Source of the DNA: Rhodosorus marinus CCMP1338
Lineage: Eukaryota; Plantae; Rhodophyta
Reading direction: 5' to 3'
Assembly (NCBI GenBank): GCA_029953675.1
Contig: JAMWBK010000007.1
Coordinates: 558,001-622,000 of the forward strand
DNA: 64,000 bases
A program made the translations under genes and the position numbers. Below are positions 1 through 12,810 of the stretch, one piece after another (the first letter of the stretch is position 1; every line of letters begins with the position of its first letter). The notes under the pieces are model-generated. The model saw only the letters and a program-made list of their open reading frames with translations. It was not told the origin of the DNA and did no database searches.

Positions 1-619
1 TTAGCTCCTAGCGCTTCCTAGTAAGAAGAGGTTACATCCTTGTGGCTGCCCACTTTCTATGTCCTCAGACACCCTCCCGGAAGTTGGCAGACTCGTCCTC
101 AAAACGGAAAGCAAAGCTTCGAGATCTTCTATCCTGCGGAAGCTGGGAAGCTGGTGGGGGAAAACTGCTCCCGTTCGGTGCCGCTGGGGTGACTAGGGTT
201 TCTAGATAAGGATTTGGGAAGAGGATAGAGGAGCTGGCATGGTTAGTTGAGCTGACCTTCTTTTTGACTCGGTTTTGTCTGGCGAGAGAAGCTGGAAAGG
301 ACGATACGTTTATAATGAGGATAGAGAAGCAGTGGATTAGTTGGACGGGAATAATTTTGTTTGTTATCTTGGTGGTGGGAGGAAAAGTCTTGTTTATACG
401 AGAGCTAGGGTTTTTAGGTTTTTGAGGATAGGGAAGAGGTAGGAGGCGGGAGGACTGTACTTCGGACTGACGTTTTTGAGAGGTTTTCGCTGGTGGGGAG
501 GATGTAAGAGGAGAACACAGTTTTTAGATTTGTATGGATAGGAAGTAGCGAGGGAGGTGCGAGCTGTGTTTTAGTTGGGGACTGCTGGTTTTTAGGTGTT
601 TGGTCGGCGGGGAGGAAAG

Positions 620-2215
620 ATGGTGTTAGGGTTTTTGGTTGCGGGAGTTCTTGGAGAGGGACGTGGGAGAAGGGTTAGTGAGGTTGAAGGACGTAAGTTG
701 AGATATGGGACTGTGATGCGTGCGGTGGTTGGTAGAGGATTTGTTCGAGAGGTGGGTCCTGAGGAGACGGGGAAGGAGGAGGAGGAGGAGGAGGAGGAGG
801 AGGAGGAGGATTGGTGTTTTGGAGAGGAGAGTGTTGAGAATGCTATCGTGGCGATTAGGGCAGGGCGGTGCGTTGTTGTGACTGATGATAAGGATCGGGA
901 GAACGAAGGTGATCTTATTGTAGCGTCTGAGAAGGCTTCCCCGGATGTTGTGGCTTTCATGGTTCGATACACCAGCGGCGTGATTTGCAACGCGATGTTG
1001 GGTGAGGATTTGGATCGCCTCCAGCTTGAGGCTATGGTTCACGACAACAGCGATCCGAAGAAGACCGCCTTCACGATCACCTGTGATTACAAAATGGGAA
1101 ACTCTACTGGAATATCAGCTCAGGACAGGTCCCGCACGCTCAGGGCGCTAGCCAATTCTGCCTCGAGACCAGATGACTTTACTCGGCCCGGTCACATATT
1201 TCCGCTTAGGTATAAGGAGGGTGGTGTCCTAAAGCGCGCAGGTCATACAGAGGCGGCTGTCGACTTGGCTCGCCTCGCAGGCTTTCATCCCGCAGGGGCC
1301 CTGTGTGAAATTGTCAACGATACGGACGGGTCCATGGCTCGCATGCCGTATCTTGTGAAGTTTGCAGAAGAACACGACTTGGTGCTCACAAGCATTGCAG
1401 ACCTTGTCAGGTACAGGCGGAAGAAGGACAATCTTGTGAGACGTATTCGGGAAGAGCCTGCGCTCCTTCCAACCCGGTGGGGAACTTTCAAAGCGTATGC
1501 GTACGAATCGAAGATCGACGCGGTGGAGCACGTAGCGCTGGTCTTGGGCTCCAACATGAAGGACAAGACGAGCAAGAATCCGTTCAGTGAAGATGAGCCG
1601 GTACTAGTGAGAGTGCATTCCGAGTGCTGTACTGGAGACGTCTTGGGCTCTCTACGCTGTGACTGCGGGTATCAACTGGACTTTGCACTTCAGAAGATTG
1701 TGGAAGAGGGAAGAGGATGTCTGCTCTACCTGCGAGGTCAGGAAGGTCGTGGGATCGGAATTGGCCATAAAATGCGGGCTTATGCTCTGCAGGTTGGTTT
1801 ACCATCTTCCTCTTGAACCTTCGTGTCTTGTTTTTGGCGCTAAACCCGTGTCGGACTGGCGGTGGCTTTCTTTCTTGTTTTCTCGTACGGATAGGATCAA
1901 GGACGCGATACTGTTCAGGCGAATCAGGAACTGGGGCTGCCCGTTGACTCTCGGGAGTACGGAATTGGAGCTCAAATTCTGGTCGACCTAGGCATTTCTC
2001 AGATGCGCCTTATGACCAATAACCCTTCGAAATACAGCGGTCTCAGCGGCTACGGCCTCCGAATCGTCGAGCGGGTCCAGGTCTCCGTTACCCCCAATCC
2101 GGAAAACCTCGCCTACCTTCGTACGAAGAAGGAGAAGATGGGACACTGGCTCGGGGAGTTTGAAGGAAGGCAAACGAGCGAATCTGGTGGACCAGAAGAC
2201 GCGGTCGAAGAGTAG
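620..2215 (+). CDS. RIBA: Plastid-targeted bifunctional DHBP synthase / GTP cyclohydrolase II (riboflavin biosynthesis)
   Basis: DHBP synthase motifs ([29 protein letters not shown]) are followed by GTP cyclohydrolase II motifs ([26 protein letters not shown]). A GT-AG intron at 1793-1894 restores YALQ|[10 protein letters not shown]...[16 protein letters not shown]. The N-terminus is transit-peptide-like; start taken as ATG 620. Confidence 0.96.
776..809 (+). repeat. (GAG)n microsatellite encoding a poly-Glu tract in RIBA
   Basis: Uninterrupted run of about 11 GAG codons between the transit-peptide-like region and the DHBP synthase domain. Confidence 0.95.
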
Positions 2216-2495
2216 AATCCCGGAGGTTTGAGCATAACCCCCTTCGTCGCGCGGTCCGCTTGAATTCGGTTGCTGGGCAGACCTTGCAAACCTTGAGCGA
2301 TTCGAACTGTTCTCAAGGCCATTGTACATATAGGATTTGAGTTTGAAGCTTGAAAGGCATTTGAGCAGCGGCGATGAGGCGACTTTGGGCATGGGTGAGG
2401 TGTAGGACAACGTCCCGAAAGAGTTTTCACCAAAACTCCGATTGATTTTGGCGAATAAAACAAAAATTTCGAAAAGCGAGCAGGCTCTGCCCAAA

Positions 2496-3176
2496 CTATA
2501 TATCGCCGTTCAAAGCTTCTCTTGCTCTCGATACGGCTTCGGAAGGCACATTTTTGAGTACTTCTCCCAGCTCCGTCTGAACTGCACCGAGGGCGCCTAC
2601 GACAAAGTTGGTGTAGGTCGCTGTGGGCTTGTTCTTCAGGTCGGCGGGGTTAAAATAGGTGGCGGGCTAGAAAAAAACGGAAGTGATATAGACAAGGCAA
2701 GTAAGCAAAACGTAATTGACATATGGATGATGATGTGAGGCCGGGCTTACTGAAGATAGGTACTCAAGCGCAGACCTACCGTGCTCCATAACGGATGATG
2801 CATCTCGTGGTTTCGCGTGTAGAGACACCTGCTTGAGATTCTCTTTTAGATCATTCCCTCTCTGAATCGTGCCAATAATTCCGGTAATCTCTGCGTACGA
2901 GCCTTCGTATGTTCCATCATTAATTCCATCGATCAGATCCCTGCACGACTCCTGCACTCTAACAATCGGAAGCAGGGCACTATCCAAATCAATCTTAGGC
3001 TTTTCCCTCGCCAGCAACTCAACGGAATTCCCCAATACCAGCGCTCCTCCCACTAAAAGCGATCCAAATCCCCTCCTCGAGATACTGTCACCAGAACCCC
3101 TCGCACAAACTCCGACATTCCCCCTCGACCCCGTCACTCTCCCAGCCACCAAAAACGCGGGAACGCTCTCCATCAT
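2496..3176 (-). CDS. Thylakoid lumen protein with Tat signal, possibly PsbQ-like helical bundle
   Basis: The N-terminus MMESVPAFLVAG is transit-peptide-like and is followed by a twin-arginine signal SRRGFGSLLVGGALVLG...ELLA. An intron (GTAAG...TTCTAG, about 2740-2667) joins EYLSS|PATYFNPADLK...REALNGDI*. The mature part looks helical. The PsbQ-like call is inference. Confidence 0.6.
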
Positions 3177-3416
3177 TCCCCTTCCTCTTAACCCCACCGG
3201 ACACCACGTCTTTTCCCACCCCCAAAGCCCTTCCAAAAGCCTTTCCAAGCCTTGTCTCTCTCTCTCTCTAACACCGGGAATTCATTCCTACATCAAGCTT
3301 CATATCAACTCACAGCTTCCAAGCCTCCTGCAACCCCCGCCAACGTACTAATCAACATCGCCACCAATCTCGTTCACAGTGTGAGATCCACACATTCCCT
3401 CTTCTGTCGTTGTTAT

Positions 3417-3523
3417 GCATGGGACATTAAACGGGACAATGCATCGGACACTAAATGGGACAATGTATGAGTATGACCCACAATATATGGGACAGTAAAT
3501 GGGACAGTAAAATGGGACAATAT
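3417..3523 (+). repeat. Degenerate array of 7 GGACA-core motifs (consensus AAATGGGACA(A/G)T), mostly 12-bp period
   Basis: GGACA cores at 3422, 3434, 3446, 3458, 3490, 3502 and 3515. Confidence 0.85.
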
Positions 3524-4177
3524 CTGGGTGTGCATATAAGTCTCTCTCTCTCACCGGAACATGCAGTTGTTCTTGCTCCAAGAAACTGTGCCAGGAGCGG
3601 GTGCCGAGGAGCCTTATTTGAAAGCTTTTGTGCTTATGATTTCGAATGCTTGCTGGTTTGAGCATTATCTTACCTTATCAACAATTTTCATAGAAGCCTC
3701 CTGAGGGTTTTGTGGGAAACTCACTGATCTAATCAGCCGAATCTTCTCGGCTGGCCGCTCGCCGAAAAGCCATTGACAAGTGGACTGGGGTGCCACAAAG
3801 GTCACTCAACCTCAGTTGACAAGTTCTCAGCTCTTCGTAGAGCGACCAAAGACAGTCCCTTCCTGTCTTGCCAGTTGCTTGGGCATGACTTTTTTATCTG
3901 CAGGGTCTGGAGTCAATCAGGTGAGCTCTCTCATGTTGGTTGATGAGAGAGCTGAGAGAAATGCTTCTGCATCGCGCGCTCCAGATCTGCAATGTTCATT
4001 AAAATTGCATTTCAAGTTTATAGTTAAGAAAGGTGATAGCTGGCGAATGGTACAATGGAAAAACCAAAAATCTGGCCAGTGCTTAGCAAAAAAGAAGGAA
4101 TAGCTTGTAAGAACAGACTGCGCCAGACGGCGTCACTGGAGGAAAGCGGAAATCTAAAAGACGGATCGCCTGTCTAC

Positions 4178-7100
4178 TCAAGCCACACCCGTGAAACATT
4201 TCTGGTACCGGTCGTACCAGTAGGTGGTCCAGTTATTTGAACTCTGCTTAACCAGAGTATCAAATTGTTGCATGCGTTCCTGTGTACTGGCGTTCGGCAT
4301 CATGCGCTCCCTTATTCCGTCCAAGACCACTTTTCGGCCTCCCACAAAGCAGGGCATGCTTTCATTACCAGAGAACATCATGTCAACTTCCAGAAGTATC
4401 TTGTTCATCTGTTTACACCCTTCCGCATAAGCTCTCCTTCCATACTTACGGAACTTCCTGAAGTGTGACGATTTCGGCCCTCCCATGACATCGATCATAT
4501 CCTGCGTCAACTTGAAAGGAGCTCGTTCGAACTCCCGATTTCCTCCTGGGGAATTGCTCAACAAAAATCCAAAATCTATGTGCGATATGTGCCCATCCGA
4601 ATCGATCATCAAATTCCCGTTGTGTCTGTCCTTGATGGCCAAAATGTACGTAACCACCGAGTACCCAGCCATCGATCGGACAAAGTTGTTCACGGCCTTC
4701 TTGAATCGCGCGGACCCTTCCCCACCAAAGTTGGAGCGGAAGAAGGCCCGCAGGTTAGTGAATTTGGGATCCGATCGCAGGCTGGACAGCGACTGTGCGT
4801 TCTTGATTGTCTCGATGAAACCCGAGTCGGCCGAGGTCGCCAGAATCTGGTAGGGCTTGATCCAGCACTTCAACTTCGCTGATTGAAAAGCCTGGTAAAA
4901 TCTACAAGGTACGTTTACGATTCAAAACCACGGCCGTGAGCGGTGAGTCGACTGGAGGAATTCCACGGAAGCCAGATATCGGACGCCGGAACTACTCACT
5001 CAGAAATGAGCCTCATTGCAACCATCTCCTGGCGAAGCTGATCACGTGATTTGATGATGCAGGATGCAAGTGCCCACCCCGCAATTTCTTTGTGGGGAGA
5101 AACGAGCTTGAGCCTGTGAAATGCAAAGCTCTCATATTCAGATTTCCACAGGCCACCATCGTAGGCTACTGGCTTCCACTCAAATGAACCGTACTGGGTT
5201 AACCGTATCTAGTATTCCTACCTGTTCTCCTTCTCAGTGAAGAGTTCTCCAAAGGCTTCAATAACCTGGGGATTGACATGCTCTCCATCGTCGTTCTCCG
5301 TGCGCACGTCACTATTGTCGTCATTCTCCTCCTCAAGGTCGAGGTCGCCCTCCCTCCTGATTGACACGTCAGGCTCGTACTTGAAAGTCTCTTCGGGTTG
5401 ATTGGGGACTTGACCCACATCGTCAGGAACGCTTTCCTTGATCTTTCTTCTGAGCGACTGCTTGGTCTGGGGCGCTGGGAACAATTCGTTCTCCATGGGC
5501 AGCCTCTCGATTTCAAAAGTAAGGAGGTACGGCGACCTCTCCTTCGTTGAGAATACGAACGCCTCTTCTGGCACAATTCTTAAAACCCGATGACGAAACC
5601 CCTGATCGATGGACGAATGTCAAGAGTGAACAACTTGAACTCATTTGGAACCCCAGGCTGGTCAGGTTTAGGCTTACGAGGACGGGGATAAATGCGTGCT
5701 TAGGAATGTACTCATTCAGTTTTTCCAGCTCACTCCGAAGTACCGACTTTCGCTGCGGTCTCGCAACGGTGAACAAGTGATATGACAAGTCCGTCAAACA
5801 TTTGACAAAATCCAGCTCGGCGTGAAAAAAATTGCTCCTGCATAGTTTTTCGAATGCGCACGTATGAGATGGGCGAACAAGAAAGCGCCGGGCAGGTGAA
5901 CTCAAGAGTAATTTCCCAATTTTCCACTTGATTGTGCGATCGACGCACCTTTCTTTACGGAGGTGTAGCCACTTGTCCAGGTCTTCCTTTTCTCCCTCGC
6001 CTATTTCTCCAAGCTGCAGCGCGACATCACCAACCCCGTCACCAACCGTGTCAACCTTCAGCAGCAACTGCCCTGTGCTTCTCCTTTGATGGCCCCTTTG
6101 CTGACCGGCATGGTGATCAACTGGTTCTATTCCAGAATGATTTTCTTCGGCTTCATTGTCATCGCCCTCTGCATTCGCCGTTTCCGAAGGGTCGTCCAAT
6201 ACTTGCAGCACTGTGCGCCCGATCATTTGCGATGGCTTCTTGGGCACAGCATTGGGGTCAGGAGCCTCCACAGGTCCGATCTTCTCGACCAGCGCCTCTG
6301 CAATAATCCGCTCGTTAGCAGTCTGATTTACCATAACCACTGATTCCATGCTCAGCAGGAGCCTCATTGTTCGGTGGTATGTGTCCTGTAGTGATCAAGC
6401 ATGTTTTGACGGGAAACAAGCGGAAGACAAACAGACGTCGTTAGCGCTTTCTTTCCGGCGTAGCCTTATTCTTGTCCCCAAAATAATCAATCGAAAGTCA
6501 CTCCTTACGCTTGGTCCCAGGCTCAGGGAGGAAATAAAGTACCAAGCACAGTGAAGTGCAGCATGAACCGACTTCTTGCACGTTTCGAAGATGACGTCCT
6601 CCAGCTTTTGCTCGTACGCCTGTGGAGCCTAGAGAATCGCAACATGCAAAATGGGTATTTTCAGAAGGCCTGAGTAAAACTCGGTTTCGGATGTAGGACA
6701 AGCAGTCCAGCGAGCAACAATAGGGAATGGCGAACAAGCGAGGCATCCAGATGCCTGTGCAAAAGGGCAGCGTACCATGTTCTCTACGACCGACAAGTTC
6801 TCCTTGTCCTTCTTCTTTCTCGCTCCAAGGGGATATAGGCCCTGAGCGTAGCTTGCCACATAGCCTTTTCTGCTAGACTCTGAAGCCGTATCATTCGTCA
6901 AGGACCCATACAGCAGGCTATTTAATATGAAAGGTAAAATCTGCAGCGCAGCGGATGGGGCCTTGCTCAACTTCAGGAGGTCGTCAAAGGCATCTTCCTC
7001 CGCGAAAATCTTCGCAAGAATCCAGAACTGGAGCTCGGAGATATTTCTGTACTCGTCTTTCCCATCATCCGTCCTCTTCGTCTCAATCGCCTTCATGGCT

Positions 7101-7300
7101 CGACTGAACTTCGACTTGAACTGGGTCCTCGTTTGATTTGACATTCCCTCGGTCAATTCCGGAGATCGTATCGCAGAACTCGACACGAGCCCTTTAGGAA
7201 TCGAAGCTGATGCCTCAGAACCAGCTTCCGATCCACTTTCCGCAGATCCGTCATCGTAGTTCTCAGAGGGCCTGCCCAAACAAGGCAGATGAAACCTCAT
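4178..7300 (-). CDS. PI4K: Phosphatidylinositol 4-kinase (PIK1/PI4K-beta type), multi-exon
   Basis: Catalytic motifs YILAIKDRHNGNLMID, HIDFGF, FERAPFKLT and WYDRYQ. Upstream exons carry VFSTKERSPYLL, FFHAELDFVKCLTDLS and a helical-domain-like segment (LEDVIFETCKKSVHAALHCAWYF). Start codon uncertain. Confidence 0.93.
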
Positions 7301-7761
7301 CGTGCACGTGTCTACGGGCTAAAGACAGCAACAAAACTCGAACACAAAACTCTCCAAAAGAGAGGGATAAACGCAGACTCTAAAGACAATATGGATATCT
7401 TTCCATACTCATTCAAGTCTGCCTCTCTCTTAAACCAAAAAAAGCTTCCGCCTTTTCGAGAAGTAAACCAACACAAGCCCTGAGGTAATCTCCGAACTCA
7501 CACCCTCCAACCCCAACCTTCAAAAAAAGCAAAAAGTTCTTGAAGAGGAAAGTGTTGACAACTTATCCGGTAACGAACAAACAGCTAGAGTGCGGGAGGG
7601 AAGCGGCTACTCAAAGCCTCAGATGATGATGGTCTGACTTGACCTGAAAAGAAAGAAGGGCGCACGAGAAAGAAGTTTTACTGCAGTCTTGGCCCTGGGC
7701 CCCAATCGCCGATTCGGATTGTGTTGGGGAAGTGAACCTCAACCCTGATGAGTCGAAGTGT

Positions 7762-7818
7762 AGCATTTCTTCATGCACATCCGAACGGACTAAAGCATTT
7801 CTTCATGCACATCCGAAC
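7762..7818. repeat. 25-bp direct duplication AGCATTTCTTCATGCACATCCGAAC, 32-bp period
   Basis: Identical copies at 7762-7786 and 7794-7818, in the divergent intergenic region between PI4K and U2AF35. Confidence 0.9.
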
Positions 7819-8678
7819 TGACCAAAGCGATAGTAGATCCTAGACGCTCATTGGGGCGGGAATAAGTAGAGCGGACAAGAGCCTTGCAATGAAACAAAAA
7901 CTGACAGAATTTGTTCGTTCCAAAACCATCCATTGTTGTGACATCTGTCCCTTGATAATGAGACCAGAAGACAGACAATCCCGCATATCAGGGCGCAGCG
8001 CCGACTTCTTAAAAATATCTCTTTTTGTGATACGGGGGATCCTCTCCATCCTCCTCAGCCTCCGCCGCTCTGAAATGCCCTTTAGAATCCACATTGACGA
8101 GAACGCAGCCTTTCAACCAAGCAGCTAATGTTCTCAACTCCGTTCCAGAAATTTCAACGTTTATTCAAATATTTATGAGTGGGAGAAAAATTCCAATATT
8201 CAAATCAAAACCTGATTTCTCGATTCTTCTAGATTTTCCCTCAAAACTAAATTTATCCCCTGCTACATTCCTCTAGACTTCCAAAACCTGCGTTATTAAT
8301 TTAGAATACTCAACACTAGTAGTAATCCATGTTCGGGTACCCCCTAAGAAATAGTTGCTCCATAATTTTTCTCGTTTTTCTATTCTCCGGAGTATCCTAG
8401 TACAATTCTAATACCGATGGTTCGGTACGAAATTGTGGCGAGCGTGAGTAGAGTTGATGTTTTGGGGAATTTTTGAAGTGATTTGGAAGATGTCGGCGGG
8501 TGTTAACTTTGTTTTGGTTTGGTACTAACGGGTATAAGAGTGGGGAGTTTGATGAGGGGGGCGGGGAGAGGTTGGGAGAGGCGTAGAGAAGGGTTGGAAG
8601 TTTGAGGAAAGTTTTGTAAAGGAGATCTTTGGTTTTGAGAGTTTTTTTTTGGTGGGCGGGTGCTTTAGGCTTGGAGCT

Positions 8679-9728
8679 ATGGCCGAGCATTTAGCATCGA
8701 TTTTTGGGACGGAGAAAGACCGTGTGAATTGTCCGTTCTACTTCAAGATTGGGGCTTGTCGACATGGGGAGCGGTGTTCTCGGATGCATAACAAGCCCTT
8801 GTTCTCGCAAACTTTGCTGTTGGAGAATATGTATTTGTCACCGGAACAGATCGGAGCTGCGGCGGCTGCGGCGGGAAAGGAGTTCCCCAAGCTGAGTGAT
8901 GAGGCAGAAAAGTACCACTTTGAGGACTTTTACGAGGACGTTTTCGAGGAGCTGGCAAAATATGGGGAGGTGGAGGAAATGCACATATGCGAGAACCTCT
9001 CCGATCATTTGGCTGGGAACGCGTATGTGAAGTTTCGGGATGAGGAGGGAGCCCAAGCGGCATTGAACGCCGTGAAAGGTAGGCATTATGCCGGAAGACT
9101 GCTGAAAGTTGAATATTCGCCAGTGACAGAGTTCAGGGAAGCTAGGTAAGACTTTTCCGCCTTGAATAGATTTGTTTTTAGGGAAAACCGCGCTAAGCGT
9201 AGGTCTCGCTATGTGCTAACCCTCCCCGTTTTCTGTTTTCTTTTCCGTAGGTGCAGACCATATGAGAAGAAACTTTGTGATCGAGGCGACTACTGCAATT
9301 TCATGCACATAAGACGGATATCGGACGATCTCTTCAGACGCCTGTATAGAGATCGCAGACGACGGAGGGATCGCGATGATCGCGACTACGATCGGGATTA
9401 TGAACGTTCTCGATATGACCGCAGGGATCGAGATCGCCACCACCGCGACCGCGATCGTTATCGAGAGCGTGGTTATGACCGCGATCGACGAGACCGAGAC
9501 CGCGACCGCGACCGAGGTCGAGATCGGGACCGGGGGGACCGCTATCGGGAGCGCGGGTATGATCGAGATCGGGAACGAGACCACGAGCCTTTGAGTGGTG
9601 ATAAGAGATCTAGGGACGCAAGAGACATCGGCAGTGAGAATCGAACAGCGGATATGCGAAGAGACGGTGCTGGACCGCCCTCGCAACCGCCTTCAGCGCC
9701 CGCTGGACTCGACCCCGTCATAAGATGA
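8679..9728 (+). CDS. U2AF1: Splicing factor U2AF small subunit (U2AF35)
   Basis: [37 protein letters not shown] (first CCCH finger), a UHM domain, and a second CCCH finger across the intron at 9146-9250 (FREAR|CRPYE...[11 protein letters not shown]). The tail is RD/RE-rich. Confidence 0.98.
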
Positions 9729-10281
9729 GGGATCTTTAGCAGAGGGTTGTGTCTACTGCAAACGCTCCCCAAGACTTTTCGCTGTGCCAAGCACGTTGGT
9801 AGGACTTCGCGGGCGAAAAGGAAAGACTGCCTCGATTTGTCTCGGTGCTAGCTCTGTCTAGTACGAGATTAGTCAGTTGGGAATTCCTTTCAATGATCCC
9901 TTAAGAGGGGTACAACATCGGCTGTTGCGCGTTTGAGTATGCCTGGCGGGGTGCAAGTGCTGACGTCGGTTTGGTTTTGGGTAATGCCTCTTACCTTCAA
10001 CAAAGGGGCTAACTGTATTTTGCTTGAAATTGTTGGTTTCGTATATGGTTAAAAATCTATAGTTCAAACTTTTCCGTGTGAATGTGCTCTCCACATGATG
10101 TTCTGACGGTTACTTTCATGGCATGTCAAGGTTGTGCTTCCTAGAAACTTATCATTCGGTGGACCTTCGCGCTATTCAGAAACTGGTCAAGTATTCAGCT
10201 CAACGATTCTTTGCTCCTTGCTTGAGCATTTCAGTTATCTTCCGTGCATATGAGCAGCAAGTGGTTGATAGATGATCGGCT

Positions 10282-12364
10282 TCAAGCGGGCTGACCCTCC
10301 ACTTCCTGATCTTCCGATTCCCCCTCTGGAACACTAAGCGGACCAACTCGGTTGAATAGCTTAATCGCGTCCTCGATTGCGCCGTCAATATCAATTCTCA
10401 TTGACATCTCGTTTATGTACCTGACCAGGTCATCGAATCCGCCCAGCCTTAAAAGGTTTCTTCTGTGAAGTTTCAGTAGTCCGACGACGATATAGATCTG
10501 AAAATTATCCCCGAGATGCTCCAACCACAATACCTACAAACCCCAGACAGAGTCAGGGAACGAAAAAGCTGTGGCTGCATAGCAGCGACGAGAATTTTTC
10601 CACGTCGATTTTGATTTATGACGCACCTCCCACAACCTCAAAACATCCTGGAAGGGAAGCTCCCTCTTCAGCTGCACCAGAATCCAGCGGAAACAGCTGT
10701 AGTAGTTCGGATCGTGGGATCTGAAGTACTCTGCAAGCTCCGGATCGCTCTGTTCCGTGAGCAGGCGAAGCTCTTCCAGCTGCCGGTGAATTCCACTCTG
10801 GTCGACGCGAAAGTTGCGCTCAAGTTTCTTCATCAGCGTAGCGAAAGTCCAAAACGAAAGTGCCTCCTTCTCATGCCCGTAGACAAATACGATCGGTGCC
10901 AAGATGTCGCTCATCCCCTGAAGTACAGTCAATCCGCAGGGACGATTTCAGACGCCTTGGTCATAGTCACAGGTCGACTTAGCCGTCTGCATGGAGGCAT
11001 ACCTGGCAATATCCAGTCTTTCTATCATATGCCGCGTAGGTTGTTAGGATATTCCGCAGGGCTTCTAGCGCTGGGGAGGCATCGTCCTCGTAAACGGAGA
11101 CTTCTCGATCAGTCCTGGGGACATCCTTGAGGATACGCGACCGGTCCAGTTTGAGCTGTGTAAATTCATCCTCCGTGTTCTCATCCTCCCCCATCCTGCT
11201 CTGTACGGTTGAAGCCATAAGCGAAAGGTTCGTCAACCAACTTCGGAAAGGAGCTACTAATCCGCCCCAAACACTATGGATCCACAGCAGCTGACATGTT
11301 CCATGAGGCTTACCCGATCGTCGAGTTCTTGCCGTTTAGGTTCCCAAGAATCCTTGAGAGAAATGTACTCACTTTCAAGATTGGCTTCTTTATCTTCACC
11401 GGCCCCGTCCGCAATCTCATCCCAGTCGTAAACGCCTGCTATGTATGGCTACCTTACGGGGAGACGTAAGCGTTTCCACGTGTTCAGCACGAGTGGCATT
11501 TCCGAGCAAAGTCAGCTCTGATCTTGATTCTTCTTTATCAGGACTCACCCAAACCAGTGGCCTCGCTTCTGGCTCGAGGCCACCGAGGAAGATAGCGTGA
11601 CGCAGGCACAAAGAGTTGAACCTGGCCTCGCCTTTGCTGAACAGGAGCCAGGTCTCTTTGTTGAAGGAGACTCCACGTTTTCGTGAAGATAGAATGGGAT
11701 TCGGTGGGACAATATCATCCGGATTGCTTCCGTCATTGTCTGGTAGCGTTTGCGTGTCGGGTGCGAGACTTCCTCTTGTTGCTCTAAGGATGGATTCTCG
11801 GGCTACGGCGGTTAGGGACGCGAATGAGCGGAGAAGGTAGCTGGTTGGGGGTGCTGAGGAGCGATCATACGGAAATCCTACGAATTCTCTCTCAATGAGA
11901 GACCGCTTCACTCGGCGTATGCTTCTTTCGCTCTCCACAGCGAAAGTCGTCCGCTCTGAATCGAGTGCAAACATTGTTGAGACATCCTTCAACTTGTCAA
12001 CGAACATGGACCGAGCGGTAGGATCACTAAACCAGAGAGACTGAACTCGGACGAGTCCTTTCTCCATCAAGTCCAGTCCATTTCCTTCTATTCTAGCACA
12101 GATAATATCCTCCAGGTGAAACTCTTCACGTCTTCCTCGCCCTTTCGACTCCCATACAACCTTCCAAACCGCTTCCGCTAGAAGATCACTCGGAATCCCA
12201 TTCCGGTGAGCATAAACCTCAACAAGATACAGCTCACCCTCTTCATCATTCAAGTTGACACCATCCTGAGAGTAAAATATCCCTAAAGGAGTATATGATG
12301 CCGGTGGGTCCGTCGAACCCGCACCACCACCGCCAACACTGTCACCTAACTCCGTCCCCTCCAT
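10282..12364 (-). CDS. TBC-domain Rab GTPase-activating protein (TBC1D15/Gyp7-like), multi-exon
   Basis: TBC motifs ILKDVPRTDR, YCQ|GMSDILAP, FRWILVQLKRE and LRLWE; also LGGLEPEARPLVW. Confidence 0.92.
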
Positions 12365-12810
12365 TCGGGATCTTCACATTGTTAACCATCTCTGTTTCTC
12401 ATATTCGAAGGGTCCCGTTTTTGGCGCTCTTGCTTTGTCAGCTCAATGAGCAAAAACAAGAGGTAGATTCTTCAACAAAACATCCAGCTCCCACAACGCT
12501 TAGTCATTACGTCTCCTTCCCCTCTCCCAAGCAGAACCTGTTAGTCACACAGTCTCTAACATCGTGTTTTCGCTTAGCATCTCCCCCCGCTCCCTACCCA
12601 TCCCCAAAAACAGAACCTGTTTTTATTCAGTCTCCAACATCAGGTTTTCAAAAGTGCCTTACTATGACATCTCCTCGCCCTCTTCCCGGAACTGCAAAGC
12701 AGCACAAGGCGCAGCTGTTCTCATAAAGAAAAGAAGTCCAGATGGAAAAAGGGATGGCTGGTTGGATGATAGGATCCTCATGACACCTCACTAAACTGCT
12801 GTCTGGGTTA

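Noticed and set aside
592-990. Antisense ORFs overlapping real genes (for example 592-990, 2869-3351, 9216-9686, 26435-27151, 32405-32935, 49037-49417)
   Set aside because: These are shadow frames produced by biased codon and leader composition of the identified genes.
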